In this document: positions 19,439 through 27,145 of the stretch, in pieces
Numbering within the stretch: position 1 is the stretch's first letter
Layout: every line of letters begins with the position of its first letter
Assembly: GCF_965214065.1 (NCBI RefSeq)
Contig: NZ_CBDCAT010000026.1
Location: 248,838 to 312,837, forward strand
Direction: 5' to 3'
From: Candidatus Poriferisocius sp.
Lineage (GTDB): Bacteria > Actinomycetota > Acidimicrobiia > Acidimicrobiales > Bin134
DNA: 64,000 nt
The notes under the pieces: model-generated
The model's input: only the letters and a program-made list of their open reading frames with translations
The model's database searches: none
What the model was told of the DNA's origin: nothing
Made by a program: the position numbers and the translations under genes

Positions 19439-21051
19439 CCCAGTACGTCGCTGAACAGTTCACCAGTGACGAGGCGGACATCCTCCGCCGGTATTTCACC
19501 AACCTCGACCAGCCGGTGTTCGCACTGGTGAACCTGCCGGAGGTGGTCAAAGGAGCGCTGTTCGCCCGCTACAGCCGGTCGGCCAAATCACTGCGGAGGC
19601 TGTTTCTGGACGAGTTTGTCGGCGAATTGGACATCAGCGGCGACATGACCATCGATGCCACCGTCGGACTCAAGCGGGCCGAGGAGCTGTACGATCGGGT
19701 GTTCTTCGAGTACGGGGACGATTCGGTAGCCCAGCTAGGCGGCGTCCACCTGGCCTGCGAGCAAGCCTCCAATATCTTGACCAAGGTGCTGGAATGGGGC
19801 CGGCTGATGTCGTATTTGGAGCAGTCCACCAGATACATCGACTACCTGGCCCGCATCGGGGGACGCTATCGCTACTACCGCGACCCCCAAGTGGGGGAGT
19901 CACCCCTGTCGGGACGTTACGTCAGCGATATGGACCGGATGTTCGAATCCTACGGCCAGCTCCTACCGGACATGACCGATTTCTACCGCCAGCACACGCC
20001 CAAGGACTCCAGTACCTCTGACTTCGCCTACCGCCAGGCAGTTCGAGCCAAAGCACTGGATGCGGTTCGGGGGATGCTGCCGGCGGCGACCGTGTCAAAT
20101 GTGGGCATCTACGGCACCGGCCAGTCGTACGAGCTGCTCCTGCTGCGGATGCGGGCCCACGATCTCCCCGAGGTCCAGGCATACGCCGATCTGATGCTGG
20201 CCGAGCTGCGCAAGGTGATCCCCTCGTTCCTGAAGCGAGTGGACCTGGAAGACCGAGGAATGGAGTGGAGCCGCTATTTGGGCGACGTCCAGGAGTCGGT
20301 GGAGAGCGTGGCCCAGCATTTGGTGCCTCCGGATCTGTCCGCCGATGAAGTTTCAGAGGTTCGCCTGGTGGACTTCGACCCAGAAGCCGAGGTCAAGATG
20401 GTGGCCTCCATGCTGTACCCCTACACCCATCTACCCGAGGAACAGCTCGAGCGTGAGGTGAGGGCCATGGGGACCGAAGACCGGATGTCGGTGGTGCGGG
20501 CCTATGCGGGGACAAGGGCCAACCGCCGCCACAAGCCGGGGCGAGCCTTGGAGCGGCCCTTCTACCGATTCGACATCCTCTCCGACTACGGCGCCTTCCG
20601 AGATCTCCAGCGCCATCGAATGCTCACACTGGAGTGGCAGAAGCTCACTCCTCAACACGGGTTCACCCGCCCTGAGGCAGTAGACGCCGCGGGCTGCGCC
20701 CCAACGTTCAACAAGGTCATGGAGAGATCAGAGGACCTCTACCACCTCTTGAATCGAGACTTTCCCGAGCAGGCCTCATATGCGGTGTGCTTCGCCTACA
20801 AAGTGCGCTTTGCGATGAGCTTGAACGCCCGATCGGCCATGCACCTCATCGAACTGCGCACCACCCCCCAAGGCCACTCTGTGTACCGAAAGGTCGGACA
20901 AGAGATGTGGCGGCTCATCAGAGACGAGGCCGGTCACGCGGCAATTGCAGAGATGATGAAGTTCGTTGACCTCACCGAGGAGCCCCCCTTGGGCCGGTTG
21001 GATGCTGAACGCCGAGCCGAACAGCGACGTCAAGTCGAAGAGCGGGCGTAA
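19435..21051 (+). CDS. long (two-lobed) ThyX-like FAD-dependent thymidylate synthase family protein
   Basis: 538 aa. N-terminal lobe LPEVVKGALFARYSRSAKSLRR, C-terminal lobe FRDLQRHRMLT (RHR box). About twice the size of canonical ThyX. Confidence 0.6.
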   Translation: MTQYVAEQFTSDEADILRRYFTNLDQPVFALVNLPEVVKGALFARYSRSAKSLRRLFLDEFVGELDISGDMTIDATVGLKRAEELYDRVFFEYGDDSVAQLGGVHLACEQASNILTKVLEWGRLMSYLEQSTRYIDYLARIGGRYRYYRDPQVGESPLSGRYVSDMDRMFESYGQLLPDMTDFYRQHTPKDSSTSDFAYRQAVRAKALDAVRGMLPAATVSNVGIYGTGQSYELLLLRMRAHDLPEVQAYADLMLAELRKVIPSFLKRVDLEDRGMEWSRYLGDVQESVESVAQHLVPPDLSADEVSEVRLVDFDPEAEVKMVASMLYPYTHLPEEQLEREVRAMGTEDRMSVVRAYAGTRANRRHKPGRALERPFYRFDILSDYGAFRDLQRHRMLTLEWQKLTPQHGFTRPEAVDAAGCAPTFNKVMERSEDLYHLLNRDFPEQASYAVCFAYKVRFAMSLNARSAMHLIELRTTPQGHSVYRKVGQEMWRLIRDEAGHAAIAEMMKFVDLTEEPPLGRLDAERRAEQRRQVEERA

Positions 21052-21148
21052 GCCCTCACAACATTGATCGCTAATGAGCACACATCGCGGGGCAGGGGTG
21101 TCTATGATCCGCGCTGATCGCAATACCTGAGAAAAGGACCAGGGGAGA

Positions 21149-21640
21149 ATGACTGACCCTGACGAGAACGAGGAAATCCCAGTAGAGGATTTCGATGATG
21201 GTGATATCGAGGAAGACCTCGACGGCGAATTCGATGATGACCTCGAAGGCGAATTGGATGGCGAGCTCGAAGGCGACCTGGACGAAGACCTCGACGAAGA
21301 CCTCGAAGACGAAGAAGAGGAGGCCGGCAACGGATCGGCCCGCAACTCGACTATGTCTGACGACGAGGACGGCGACACGGAGGACATCGACCCCGACAAT
21401 GTGGAGGCCGATCTCGACACCATCTTGAAGGATCGCCTGGCCGCGGGCGACGACGAGGACGAGGACGAGGACACCCCAGAGCCAACGCCGGAGACCGCGG
21501 GCCAAGTCGCACCCAAGCGGGACAACGAGTGGATGTGCGAGGGGTGCTTTCTGATCGTCAGCTCCAGCCAATTCGGGCCCCGCAACAACCCCCGTTGTCC
21601 GTCGGGGGAGGAACCCTGCCCTTCGCTGGCCCGGTTGTGA
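21149..21640 (+). CDS. acidic DUF4193-like zinc-ribbon protein
   Basis: 163 aa. Extremely D/E-rich N-terminus, then DLDTILKDRL and a C-terminal EWMCEGCFLIVSSSQF...RCPSGEEPCP Cys cluster. AGGGGAGA Shine-Dalgarno sequence. Confidence 0.6.
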   Translation: MTDPDENEEIPVEDFDDGDIEEDLDGEFDDDLEGELDGELEGDLDEDLDEDLEDEEEEAGNGSARNSTMSDDEDGDTEDIDPDNVEADLDTILKDRLAAGDDEDEDEDTPEPTPETAGQVAPKRDNEWMCEGCFLIVSSSQFGPRNNPRCPSGEEPCPSLARL

Positions 21641-21870
21641 GCTCGACCGACAGCACCGACTCCTCCCGGGAGGCGCTGGACCGGATGCTCGATGCGCTGG
21701 TGTTCGCGCCTTTGGGGCTCCTTCTGGAGTCGGACAAGCCGAGCGCGGAGCTGGCGGCTCGAGGCCGTCGACAACTGGAAGCCGCTCGGCTGCTTGGGCG
21801 CATTGCCTTGGGCCACTCCTCTGCTCCGACTGATGGCCCCGCCAACCCTCCCGATCCTCAGCCTGGTTGA
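21637..21870 (+). CDS. hypothetical small protein, translationally coupled to the DUF4193-like gene
   Basis: GTG overlaps the upstream TGA (GTGA). 77-aa product with a helical ALDRMLDALVFAPLGLLLES segment. Fills an otherwise empty gap. Confidence 0.3.
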   Translation: MSSTDSTDSSREALDRMLDALVFAPLGLLLESDKPSAELAARGRRQLEAARLLGRIALGHSSAPTDGPANPPDPQPG

Positions 21871-21873
21871 ACA

Positions 21874-22374
21874 ATGAGCGAGCGGCCAAAAGACGGCGCG
21901 GCCCGACCAGCCCGTGCCGACGAGATCGGTGCCATAGCCGAATTGGCCCGGGAAGCCCGTCGCGAAGCGCTGGAATACCGGGGCGGAGAAAGATGGATGG
22001 CCACCGAGGCCGCTCCTGAGCCGCTTGAACACCATGTGGCAGGTCTTATTGCTGATCCTGAGGCGGTATTGGTGGCGGGCATCTGGGACGACACGGTGGT
22101 GGGGTACGGATGGGCCCGGCGAATAGTCCGCCTGGACGGATCGCCGATTGGCCGGATCGAAGAGCTGTTCGTCACACCGGAGGGCCGTTCGGTAGGAGTA
22201 GGGGAGTCGCTGTTCGGCAGTTTGATGCAGTGGGCCCGAGAGCAGGAGCTCGTGGCGATCGACGCCTTCGTGTTACCTGGCCACCGCGAAGCCAAGAACT
22301 TCTTTGAGACGTTCAAGATGACTGCCCACGCACTGATCGTCCATACCCAGCTTGACCAAAACCGGGAGTCATGA
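21874..22374 (+). CDS. GNAT family N-acetyltransferase
   Basis: 166 aa. Acetyl-CoA-binding-like segment IEELFVTPEGRSVGVGESL. Confidence 0.7.
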   Translation: MSERPKDGAARPARADEIGAIAELAREARREALEYRGGERWMATEAAPEPLEHHVAGLIADPEAVLVAGIWDDTVVGYGWARRIVRLDGSPIGRIEELFVTPEGRSVGVGESLFGSLMQWAREQELVAIDAFVLPGHREAKNFFETFKMTAHALIVHTQLDQNRES

Positions 22375-22769
22375 GCGGGCCGGAGCTATGTGTCGGGGCC
22401 GTGGTGGTAAGCGGCGGCGCCATTCTGCTCATCCGACGAGGAACTCCGCCGGGGGAGGGACTGTGGTCGGTACCCGGTGGCCGCGTGCATCGGGGGGAGA
22501 GCATGGCCGACGCTGCCCGCAGGGAGCTGCTAGAGGAAACCGGGCTGGTAGGGGAGGTGGGCGAGGCCGTGGGCTGGACCGAGCTCATCGGCCGCCGACG
22601 CCACTACGTGGTGGTGGACTTTTGGGTCACAGTGGCGCCCGATGCGGCGCCGACCGCCGCAACCGATGCAACCGACGTGGCATGGGTGGACTTTGACGAA
22701 TTGGAGGAGTGGGACTTGGTCGACGGCCTGCTTCAGTTCCTAGCCGACCACCGGGTTATCTCCGGCTAG
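22371..22769 (+). CDS. NUDIX hydrolase
   Basis: 132 aa. Nudix box GGRVHRGESMADAARRELLEETGL. Confidence 0.85.
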   Translation: MSGPELCVGAVVVSGGAILLIRRGTPPGEGLWSVPGGRVHRGESMADAARRELLEETGLVGEVGEAVGWTELIGRRRHYVVVDFWVTVAPDAAPTAATDATDVAWVDFDELEEWDLVDGLLQFLADHRVISG

Positions 22770-22773
22770 CGGG

Positions 22774-24111
22774 TTAACTCCGGCTGGCGGCTTGAGCACC
22801 GGCGCCGCGGCGGCTGCGCCTCGGCGGCGGGGTGGGTTCCACGCCGAACAGGGCGGCGATATGGGGAACCCGCTCAGACAGCTTTGTGACCTCAGCCAAT
22901 AGTTCCTTGTCAGGATTCTCCGGGACACCCTGGGGCTGAACCGTTCGGCGCACCGGCGAGAACGCCACCGCTCCCAGTACGGTGATCCAACGCTTGGGCG
23001 GCGTGTCGCTGGCCAAGGCGGCGTTGGCCGCCTCTGTCAACCGGTTGACTATGTCTTGGGGAAGGGGCACTCCGGCTTTCGGGGGGCGTGAGCTGAGCCT
23101 CAAGGCTCGCACCATTCGACCATCGGCCAGCGTGGCAGCCACCTCGGCCAGCCATTCGGCGTGCTCTCTGTCGACTCGCTCGGTGAGCTTGTTGCGCAGA
23201 TCTTCGGCCATAGCCTTGGTCTCTTCGTCGGTTGCCCCGTTCTCAGAGGCGACCACCACCGACCGCAGATCGCGTAGGTCAACGTCGTCAATTTCGGCCA
23301 GAGCGGCCTCAACCCGATCTCGCCACTCCGCGGATCGCATCCGAGGGAGCAGCTTGCCGGCTGCGGCTAGAAATTCATCGGCAGGATCGGAACTGGGCTT
23401 CTTTTCTTTCGCATCCTGCTTTGGCGGTTTGGCCTTGGCCTCAGATTCAGGAGCCTCCTCCGGTTTGGCCCCGGCCTCAGATTCAGGAGCCTCCTCCGGT
23501 TTGGCCTCGGCCTCAGGAGCTTCCTTGGCCGCTTTCTGCTTAGCTTGGGCAGCGTCACGGGCTTTCTTGCGCTGATCCCGCAGGGCTTGTTCCACCGAGG
23601 CGACGCCGTCTCTCATCATCTTCTCAGCCACCAGCTTTTGCTCCTCAGGCAAGCTGTCGATCAACGCCTGGCGGTGGGTGCGTGCGGGGCGCAGGCGCTT
23701 GGCTTTGGGACGGTCATCGTCGCGGCGGGTTTCCTGGCGATCACGATCCCTTCGGTCGCCCCGGCCGCGTCGGTCCTGACGTCCCCTTCGGTCGCCGGAA
23801 TCCCGGTCCCGATCCCGGCCCTTGCGATTGGCCACCAACTGGGTGGTCACCAGTGGTTGATCTCGGCCAGAGCCCAAGATCTCCAGAGTCTCCGGCAGGG
23901 GACGCTTGATCTTGGGTTCGAAGGCCTCGATGATCTCGATACCATCCATGTGGAATTCGGCCTCGACGGTCAGCTCGTCGCCCACTTTGGCCGCAAAGGC
24001 GATCAGATCGCCGGCCATCTCGCCCTTCGGCTCTCGTGCGCCCGCGGCCCTCCATGTCCAAGACCCGTCGGGCCGCTGGCTGGTCAGCTCAATCTCAATC
24101 CTGCGAGACAC
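22774..24111 (-). CDS. hypothetical protein with R/D-rich and K/E/A/P-rich repeat linker
   Basis: 445 aa. Folded-looking N- and C-terminal domains are separated by RDRDRDSGDRRGRQDRRGRGDRRDRDR and a repeated AKPEEAPESEA. No recognisable catalytic motif. Confidence 0.55.
   Translation of the reverse strand: MSRRIEIELTSQRPDGSWTWRAAGAREPKGEMAGDLIAFAAKVGDELTVEAEFHMDGIEIIEAFEPKIKRPLPETLEILGSGRDQPLVTTQLVANRKGRDRDRDSGDRRGRQDRRGRGDRRDRDRQETRRDDDRPKAKRLRPARTHRQALIDSLPEEQKLVAEKMMRDGVASVEQALRDQRKKARDAAQAKQKAAKEAPEAEAKPEEAPESEAGAKPEEAPESEAKAKPPKQDAKEKKPSSDPADEFLAAAGKLLPRMRSAEWRDRVEAALAEIDDVDLRDLRSVVVASENGATDEETKAMAEDLRNKLTERVDREHAEWLAEVAATLADGRMVRALRLSSRPPKAGVPLPQDIVNRLTEAANAALASDTPPKRWITVLGAVAFSPVRRTVQPQGVPENPDKELLAEVTKLSERVPHIAALFGVEPTPPPRRSRRGAGAQAASRS
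23437..23530 (-). repeat. 36-bp tandem coding repeat (two full units plus one partial)
   Basis: GGCCTCAGATTCAGGAGCCTCCTCCGGTTTGGCC occurs at 23437-23470 and 23473-23506, then a shortened third copy. Encodes (A/G)AKPEEAPESEA. Confidence 0.9.
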
Positions 24112-24166
24112 CGGCGGTCACGCTACCGCATTGGCGTTCAATGGCAGAACTGCTGGTGGGCTTTCC

Positions 24167-24538
24167 TCAGCATGGGGCCAATACGGCGGTTGCGGGAACA
24201 CCCATACCGCCCAAGTCGATGGCCACCGTGCCAACAGCCGGGGTTAGGCCAGTGAACACCCGTGGGCTCCAGGGGATGCGGGCCTCCACTCGAAGCACGG
24301 GACTTCCCCCGGCTTGGCTGACGCAACCGGCCAGGATGGTGCCGTCAAGGCGGGTTGTGTTCACCGTGCTCAGATCGCAACCCCGGCTCCCGCAACCATC
24401 GACAAAGGCTCCTGCGGCCCGCTCGGCCCGGTTGACGGCCAGGTTGCGACTGGTGATCAGTTCAGCGTGGTCGGCCAGCGAGCCGCTGGCCACAGCCACG
24501 GCCATGCCCAGCGACAAGAGCACAATGGCGGAGTACAT
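24167..24538 (-). CDS. TadE-like pilus/secretion accessory protein (Rv3654c-type)
   Basis: 123 aa. N-terminal hydrophobic helix (AIVLLSLGMAVAVA). Last gene of the Tad-like operon, 4 nt after the previous stop. Confidence 0.5.
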   Translation of the reverse strand: MYSAIVLLSLGMAVAVASGSLADHAELITSRNLAVNRAERAAGAFVDGCGSRGCDLSTVNTTRLDGTILAGCVSQAGGSPVLRVEARIPWSPRVFTGLTPAVGTVAIDLGGMGVPATAVLAPC

Positions 24539-24542
24539 CGGC

Positions 24543-24962
24543 CTAGTCGACTGGCTCGATGCCCACGGCTATGACCCGTTCGGTCTTGAGAATCATACCC
24601 AGATCCACCGGGCAGCTCACCACCGCCGCCACCGACGGTGTCGCGCCGAGGCTTCGGGAAGGGCGAGGCTGGGAAACCAGGCTGACCTCAAACAAGGCAT
24701 CGGTTTGGTTGCAGACCCCGGCGGTGGCGGCGAGGCCGGACTGATCCACCGTGGCCATCACCTCGTCCCACCGGGCCCGAGCCGACGGCTCCGCGGTGGT
24801 GGCGTCGGCCTCGGCCAGGGTGTCGGCAGCATGAACGGCAGCGGCCTCTGTAAAGGCCGATGTCCGGTACCGGGCCGTGCCCAGCGTCCCGGCGGCGTCG
24901 AGCACCACGATGCTGAGCACCAGCGCAGGAAGTATCAGCAGAAACGCAATGGCGTCGCTCAT
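24543..24962 (-). CDS. TadE-like protein
   Basis: Internal ATG (MSDAIAFLLILPALVLSIVVL) of track ORF 24543..25055. TadE-type N-terminal helix. 10 nt after the previous stop. Confidence 0.5.
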   Translation of the reverse strand: MSDAIAFLLILPALVLSIVVLDAAGTLGTARYRTSAFTEAAAVHAADTLAEADATTAEPSARARWDEVMATVDQSGLAATAGVCNQTDALFEVSLVSQPRPSRSLGATPSVAAVVSCPVDLGMILKTERVIAVGIEPVD

Positions 24963-24972
24963 GGGAATCCCA

Positions 24973-25371
24973 TCAACAGGATCCGGGGACGCGGAGCGCG
25001 GCGGCGCTGGTGGCCGATCGACAGGCGATGGCGGTGGTGTGCAGCGCCGACACACGGGTATCCAACGGCGCCGCGGTGACCGCGGCGATCAGATTGCAGG
25101 CGTCGGCGTACACATCCACGGCCACCGGCTGCACCGCGAGGTGCTTAATCTTGCCCAAGGCCGCTCGGGCCGCGGCGGCCAACGCCTCGGGGGGCGGTGC
25201 ATCGCATTGCCATCCGACCGCGGTCGCAGCCTGGGCCGCGGCGACCGCGGCCGACTGGGCGGCCGCGTCGGCCGACAGCCGGGTGACGTGGCTCACGTAC
25301 AAACCGGTGACCACCGCCAACAAGAACATCAGCAGCACCACGTTGCGCAGGACGACCAGGGGGGAGGTCAT
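24973..25371 (-). CDS. TadE/TadG-like protein
   Basis: 132 aa. N-terminal helix VVLRNVVLLMFLLAVVTGLYV, then an Ala-rich segment. 6 nt after the pilin-candidate stop. Confidence 0.5.
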   Translation of the reverse strand: MTSPLVVLRNVVLLMFLLAVVTGLYVSHVTRLSADAAAQSAAVAAAQAATAVGWQCDAPPPEALAAAARAALGKIKHLAVQPVAVDVYADACNLIAAVTAAPLDTRVSALHTTAIACRSATSAAALRVPGSC

Positions 25372-25377
25372 GGCTGG

Positions 25378-25581
25378 TTAGGCGCATGATCCTGGACTTC
25401 CAGAAGTCCAAGTGCCGCCCACGGCGTCGCACAGCCTTTCGCTGGTGATGCGGTTGTTGTCGATATTGTGCCCTTCGTTGGGAGCATTATCGCTGAGCTG
25501 GGCGTAAACGATGAAGGCCACGATGGCAGCGGCAGCGATGGCGACCACGATCAAGATCATCTGGACGATGGCTGATTGCAT
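25378..25581 (-). CDS. candidate major pilin / small hydrophobic subunit (atypical, no Flp G/XXXXEY motif)
   Basis: 67-aa ORF inside the spurious track ORF 25378..26364. Strong SD AAAGGAGA 7 nt upstream of the ATG. MQSAIVQMILIVVAIAAAAIVAFIVYAQL helix plus a polar tail with two Cys. Occupies the flp position of Tad loci. Confidence 0.45.
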   Translation of the reverse strand: MQSAIVQMILIVVAIAAAAIVAFIVYAQLSDNAPNEGHNIDNNRITSERLCDAVGGTWTSGSPGSCA

Positions 25582-25619
25582 GGGTGATTTCTCCTTTGGT
25601 TTGGGGCAACTGGCGCGCC

Positions 25620-26333
25620 TCAGAGCACGAAGATGACGGCGGCCATGACGGTGAGACCAGCGACGGCGGCCACCAGGGTGACCGTGGTTCCGATGGCCCG
25701 GCTGAGCTGGTCGATAGCCAGGCGTCGCTCGGACTCCAGGGTCCGAACCGATCGGGACAGGGACTTCTCCAATAGATCTGACGACGCCGCTCCAGCCCGC
25801 TCGGCAGCCACTACCGAGGTCAGCAGCGGCTCGGCGGGGGAGCCGGCGATGGCCGCGGTGACCGCGGGCAGCGGATCCCGTCCGGCCTCCAAAGCAGCCC
25901 CAATGGCCCCCTGGGCCACGGTGAATGCCCGACCCGACACCGTCAAGGCCGCGTTGACCGCGGCCGCGTTGATGGGCTGTCCCGCCGAGGTCAACAGCCG
26001 CAGTTTGCGCATCCACTCGAGAATCTTCTGGTCCCGTTCTCGGCGGTAGGCCGACGCGGCCAGCGATCGGATGGCTGCGGGCACCAAGCGAGGCAGCCAC
26101 GTTCCAGCCAACACCGCCAGAGTCAAACCTCCGGCCCAGCCGAATGCCGATAGCCCGACGAGCCCGGCAACCCCAGCGCCGGCAGCCGACAGGGTCCAGC
26201 TGGCCATCGAGACGTGGTTGGGAGGCCAGCCCATGGCCGCGGCCTGAATCGCGGCCTGGCTGTTGGTATTGGGCGAGGCCAGCAGCAGTGCCATCGTCCC
26301 GGCCACTCCCGAGATGCCAGCGACAAAGATCAT
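25620..26333 (-). CDS. TadC-like (GspF-fold) inner-membrane platform protein
   Basis: 237 aa. TM-cytoplasmic helical domain-TM layout. The ATG overlaps the upstream stop (ATGA). Confidence 0.55.
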   Translation of the reverse strand: MIFVAGISGVAGTMALLLASPNTNSQAAIQAAAMGWPPNHVSMASWTLSAAGAGVAGLVGLSAFGWAGGLTLAVLAGTWLPRLVPAAIRSLAASAYRRERDQKILEWMRKLRLLTSAGQPINAAAVNAALTVSGRAFTVAQGAIGAALEAGRDPLPAVTAAIAGSPAEPLLTSVVAAERAGAASSDLLEKSLSRSVRTLESERRLAIDQLSRAIGTTVTLVAAVAGLTVMAAVIFVL

Positions 26334-27145
26334 CGGCCCGCTCTCCAGGCCGGGGCCAGAACACGGGCGCAGAGCGCGGCGGTCAACATCGCCAACAGCA
26401 GCATGAACTGCTGCCCGACTACAGAGGTAAGCCAGCGACCCACGTCTTTAGCGGCAAAGCCGCTGATGGCCAACATGCCAACCGCCATCACCACGGTGAC
26501 AGCGATCTGAGGCATGAGGGCAGCCACATAGCGGTGGAAGTGGCGGGCAGTCTCGGCCGCCTCCATAGCCTCGTCGGCCAGGACGCCGGCCAACCCCACC
26601 CACTGGGAACCGCCCCGAAACGCCTCGGCCAGCACGGTGGCCAGCATCTCGGCAATAGGGCGTTGGATGGTGGTGGAGAAGCGGTCGGCCGCCTCGACCA
26701 GGCCGCCGGTCTCGCACTCGGCGGCCATAAGCTGCGCAGCCGCACCGACCCGGCCGGGAACCAGCGGCGCTGCTTGGCGGATGGCTACCACCACGGTGGG
26801 AGCCACCAACGCCTGGTTGGCCAGTCCGCTGGCCAGCTGGGCTAGCTCGTCGGCTTCCCGCAGACTGCGGCGCGATCTGATCTGAACCGCGATTGCCCAA
26901 ATGCCCACGCCGGTAAGCACCATGACGGCCACGCCGGTGGTTGCCCCCACCATCACCAGTCCGGCAATGAATCCGAGGACGACCAGTGCCGCGGCCAGCA
27001 GCGGTCCAGCTCGAAGCGAGCGCCTTCGAGCGAGCAGCAGGCTCCCCATGAAGAGCGCCGTGGGGGTACCGGCCGACGCCGGCCACCAAACCATCACCAT
27101 CAAGGCCAACCCTGCGGCCAAAGCCGCCGCGGCTTGCGCGGTCAT
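26330..27145 (-). CDS. TadB-like (GspF-fold) inner-membrane platform protein
   Basis: Internal ATG (MTAQAAAALAAGL..) of track ORF 26330..27490, overlapping the ATPase stop (ATGA). 271 aa with the same topology as the TadC-like protein. Confidence 0.55.
   Translation of the reverse strand: MTAQAAAALAAGLALMVMVWWPASAGTPTALFMGSLLLARRRSLRAGPLLAAALVVLGFIAGLVMVGATTGVAVMVLTGVGIWAIAVQIRSRRSLREADELAQLASGLANQALVAPTVVVAIRQAAPLVPGRVGAAAQLMAAECETGGLVEAADRFSTTIQRPIAEMLATVLAEAFRGGSQWVGLAGVLADEAMEAAETARHFHRYVAALMPQIAVTVVMAVGMLAISGFAAKDVGRWLTSVVGQQFMLLLAMLTAALCARVLAPAWRAGR

Noticed and set aside
20776-22035. 419-aa minus-strand ORF spanning the 3' end of the ThyX-like gene, the DUF4193-like gene and the GNAT start
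   Set aside because: It is antisense to four well-supported plus-strand genes. Its product is Ser/Arg/Pro low-complexity, mirroring the acidic repeats on the other strand. This is a typical high-GC shadow ORF.
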